From Planctomycetota bacterium (GTDB lineage Bacteria > Planctomycetota > Planctomycetia > JALXBF01), in NCBI GenBank assembly GCA_026991575.1, contig JALXBF010000069.1:1-64000 (forward strand): a stretch of DNA of 64,000 nucleotides, given 5' to 3'. Below the pieces are notes generated by a model, which was given only the letters and a program-made list of their open reading frames with translations, searched no databases and had not been told where the DNA came from. Positions 61,955 through 64,000 of this stretch are shown here, one piece after another. How positions within the stretch are numbered: the first letter of the stretch is position 1; the number at the start of each line of letters is the position of its first letter. The position numbers and the translations under genes were made by a program.

Positions 61955-62283
61955 AGATGCCTTTCCCGTTGGGTTGTGCCGGTGCTGCCACTCTCGCGAC
62001 AGGTTGCGCTACGCCGGGCCACGGCCGCAAACAGGGCACCCGCTCTGGTCGCGATCCGGACGAGAGAGTCAGTGGGACCAAGCGGGGCGCGACGGTTCAT
62101 TCTCAGAGGATGTCGACGAGCTGTCCAGTCATGCTGCCGCCGGGTCGTTTGCCGGCGGTGAATTCCATGCGCGATCTCCTCAATTACCCTCGGCAGATCG
62201 TGTCACAAACAGGCCATCGGCCGAGCGTGCGGACTCTGGCAAAGGATCGGGGGATGACAGCTGCTTGGTCGTCGCCGGGGTGC

Positions 62284-63528
62284 TTAGCCCCCCAGGACCT
62301 CTCGTCCCTTGCCCTGTTGGATCAGCGGAACGTAGGTTTCCAATTCTTCCAGCGTGCCCTCGTCGGTCAGGTCCACCACACGGCCCGTCTCCGCCGACAT
62401 GTATGCGGCCATGGTCAGACGCACGATCTCGAGCCCGTAGTGCCAGTCCAGCATCGGCCTGCCGCCGGTGACGAACGCTCGATAGGCGTCCTCATTCTCA
62501 TCGGTGTACCCGTACAGGTCTGCTTCGTTGGGTTGAACTGCCAGGAGCCCTCGGGATGCTGTGGACTTCTCCAGCGCAGCTTCCGCGTCGGCAACGGCAT
62601 CGGCGGCTGCATCGCCGATGAAGACCTCCAGCGGCGACTTCAACGTGTTCATCTCAAACGCGTATCCTGGCCCAATGCCCTCCAGGCCGAGCTTCAGTCC
62701 CTGCTTCTCGTACATCCAGCTGTTCATGAACTGGCCCTTGACAAGCTGCCCCGTCTCCGGATTCTGAAATGTGACGACCCCAGTCGCGTAGTCCTCGGCC
62801 GGGGTCTTGGAGTAGTCCACGCCGAAGCGGTCCAGCAGCTCCTGGCGCCAGCGGGGCTGTCCCCATTTCAGCAGCGCGACGTCGGCCGAGACGCGAACCG
62901 GCCGCAGGAAGTCGACCGGTTTGCCGACGGGCGTCAGGGCGTACCAGGCGACCGCAAGGCAGTGGCAACCCATGTCGCTCAGCACGCCGCCGCCCTGCAG
63001 CGTCGGATCCCAGAACCAGCCGTTGTGCGGTCCAGCGTGCTCTTCGCTGGAGCGGGCTAGCACGGGCGGGCCCATCTGCTCCATGACCTTGCGCAACTGG
63101 AACCGCGTGGCCTTGATGGTCTTCATGTGCAGTTGGTTCTCGAAGTAGGCATGCGGGATCCCGGTCGATTCGATCAGATCGACCAGCCGGCGGGCTTCGC
63201 GCAGGTTCCGGGCCAGTGGCTTCTCACAGATGACCCCCTTCAGCGTGGCTCCTTGTTTGACGGCTTCCACAATCTGCTCAACGGTCTCGACACGCACGAA
63301 ATTGGGTGAGAAGATGCAGACGACATCAACGTTCTTGACCAGTTCGATGACCGAGTCGTAGATGACCGGATCGCCAAGCCGGTGCTCGCGAGCGAATTGA
63401 GCGGCTTTTTCCGGCCGGCTGCGCGACACGAGGCCCGCGATCTCGATGCCACGCACCTGAGTCAACGCGCGCATGTGAAAGAGCGTGACGAAGCCGCCGC
63501 CGATGATGCCGTAGCGCAGTGTGCTCAT
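62284..63528 (-). CDS. Gfo/Idh/MocA family oxidoreductase
   Basis: 'YGIIGGG', 'CEKPLARN' and 'GGGVLSDMGCH'. Confidence 0.9.
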   Translation of the reverse strand: MSTLRYGIIGGGFVTLFHMRALTQVRGIEIAGLVSRSRPEKAAQFAREHRLGDPVIYDSVIELVKNVDVVCIFSPNFVRVETVEQIVEAVKQGATLKGVICEKPLARNLREARRLVDLIESTGIPHAYFENQLHMKTIKATRFQLRKVMEQMGPPVLARSSEEHAGPHNGWFWDPTLQGGGVLSDMGCHCLAVAWYALTPVGKPVDFLRPVRVSADVALLKWGQPRWRQELLDRFGVDYSKTPAEDYATGVVTFQNPETGQLVKGQFMNSWMYEKQGLKLGLEGIGPGYAFEMNTLKSPLEVFIGDAAADAVADAEAALEKSTASRGLLAVQPNEADLYGYTDENEDAYRAFVTGGRPMLDWHYGLEIVRLTMAAYMSAETGRVVDLTDEGTLEELETYVPLIQQGKGREVLGG

Positions 63529-64000
63529 GATTCACTCCGGTAGTGCTCGATCACCGTGCTCACGGATCGCTTCCACCGCTGCACCAGTGCCGCAATCCGT
63601 TCCCGCTCACCGGACGGTCGGAACGTGCGGGCAACTCGGGACCAGCCCCGCACCGCTTCCGGATCGGTAAACACCCCGGCGCCCAGACCGGCCAGCATGG
63701 CGGCCCCCAGCGCGGTGCACTCGGTGTACTGGCTACGTTCCACAGGCAACTCAAGCAGGTCGGCTTGCAGTTGCAGCAGCAGGTCGCTGCGGGCTGCGCC
63801 TCCGTCGGCACGGAGCGACTTCAGCGGCTCGCCCGTATCATGAGCGATCGCTTCGGCCAGATCGTACACCTGAAGCGCAATCGATTCGATCGCCGCGCGG
63901 GCCAGCTCGGCAGCACCGGTTGCCCGCGTCAGGCCAAAGATCGTGCCCTGAGCTTCCGGAGCCCAGTACGGCGCACCGAGCCCGACCAGAGCAGGCACAA
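63525..64000 (-). CDS. glpK: Glycerol kinase (FGGY family), C-terminal part; truncated by the window edge
   Basis: 'PALVGLGAPYW', 'GLTR', 'RAAIESIA', 'LRADGG', 'QLQAD' and 'TALGAA'. Confidence 0.85.
   Translation of the reverse strand, partial: VPALVGLGAPYWAPEAQGTIFGLTRATGAAELARAAIESIALQVYDLAEAIAHDTGEPLKSLRADGGAARSDLLLQLQADLLELPVERSQYTECTALGAAMLAGLGAGVFTDPEAVRGWSRVARTFRPSGERERIAALVQRWKRSVSTVIEHYRSES

Noticed and set aside
63525..64000. Functional link between glpK and the FkbH glyceryl loader
   Set aside because: About 37 kb away in a separate backbone operon, and FkbH uses glycolytic 1,3-bisphosphoglycerate.

Overview
GC-rich bacterial DNA, very probably from a Planctomycete: it carries a PSCyt1/DUF1549/DUF1553 + DUF1501 pair, a PVC-type CxxCH dehydrogenase, an OmcB-like DUF11 protein and mqnD. 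Bases ~250-35,600 are a co-oriented (+) surface polysaccharide locus. It encodes GT2, GT4 and GT39-like transferases, a Wzx flippase, a bi-domain oxidoreductase, methyltransferases, asnB, a deacetylase and a FemAB-like protein, and is interrupted by decayed IS630 and IS5 remnants. Its centrepiece is a 3,281-aa single-module type I PKS with the order MaoC-hotdog / SDR / FkbH / ACP / KS / AT / KR / ACP / ACP / GNAT and no thioesterase. This suggests a line that builds a short glycerate- or lactate-primed hydroxy-acyl chain and transfers it to an amine, plausibly on the glycan (inference). After the locus come a hairpin-dense 1.4-kb non-coding gap and a frameshifted LVIVD beta-propeller gene. The rest is ordinary Planctomycete backbone (DUF11, comEC, argC, FGE-sulfatase, DUF1501/DUF1553, mqnD, suhB-like, Gfo/Idh/MocA, partial glpK), plus an orphan promoter-terminator unit that may be an sRNA. 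All family calls rest on motif recognition by eye; no searches were run.
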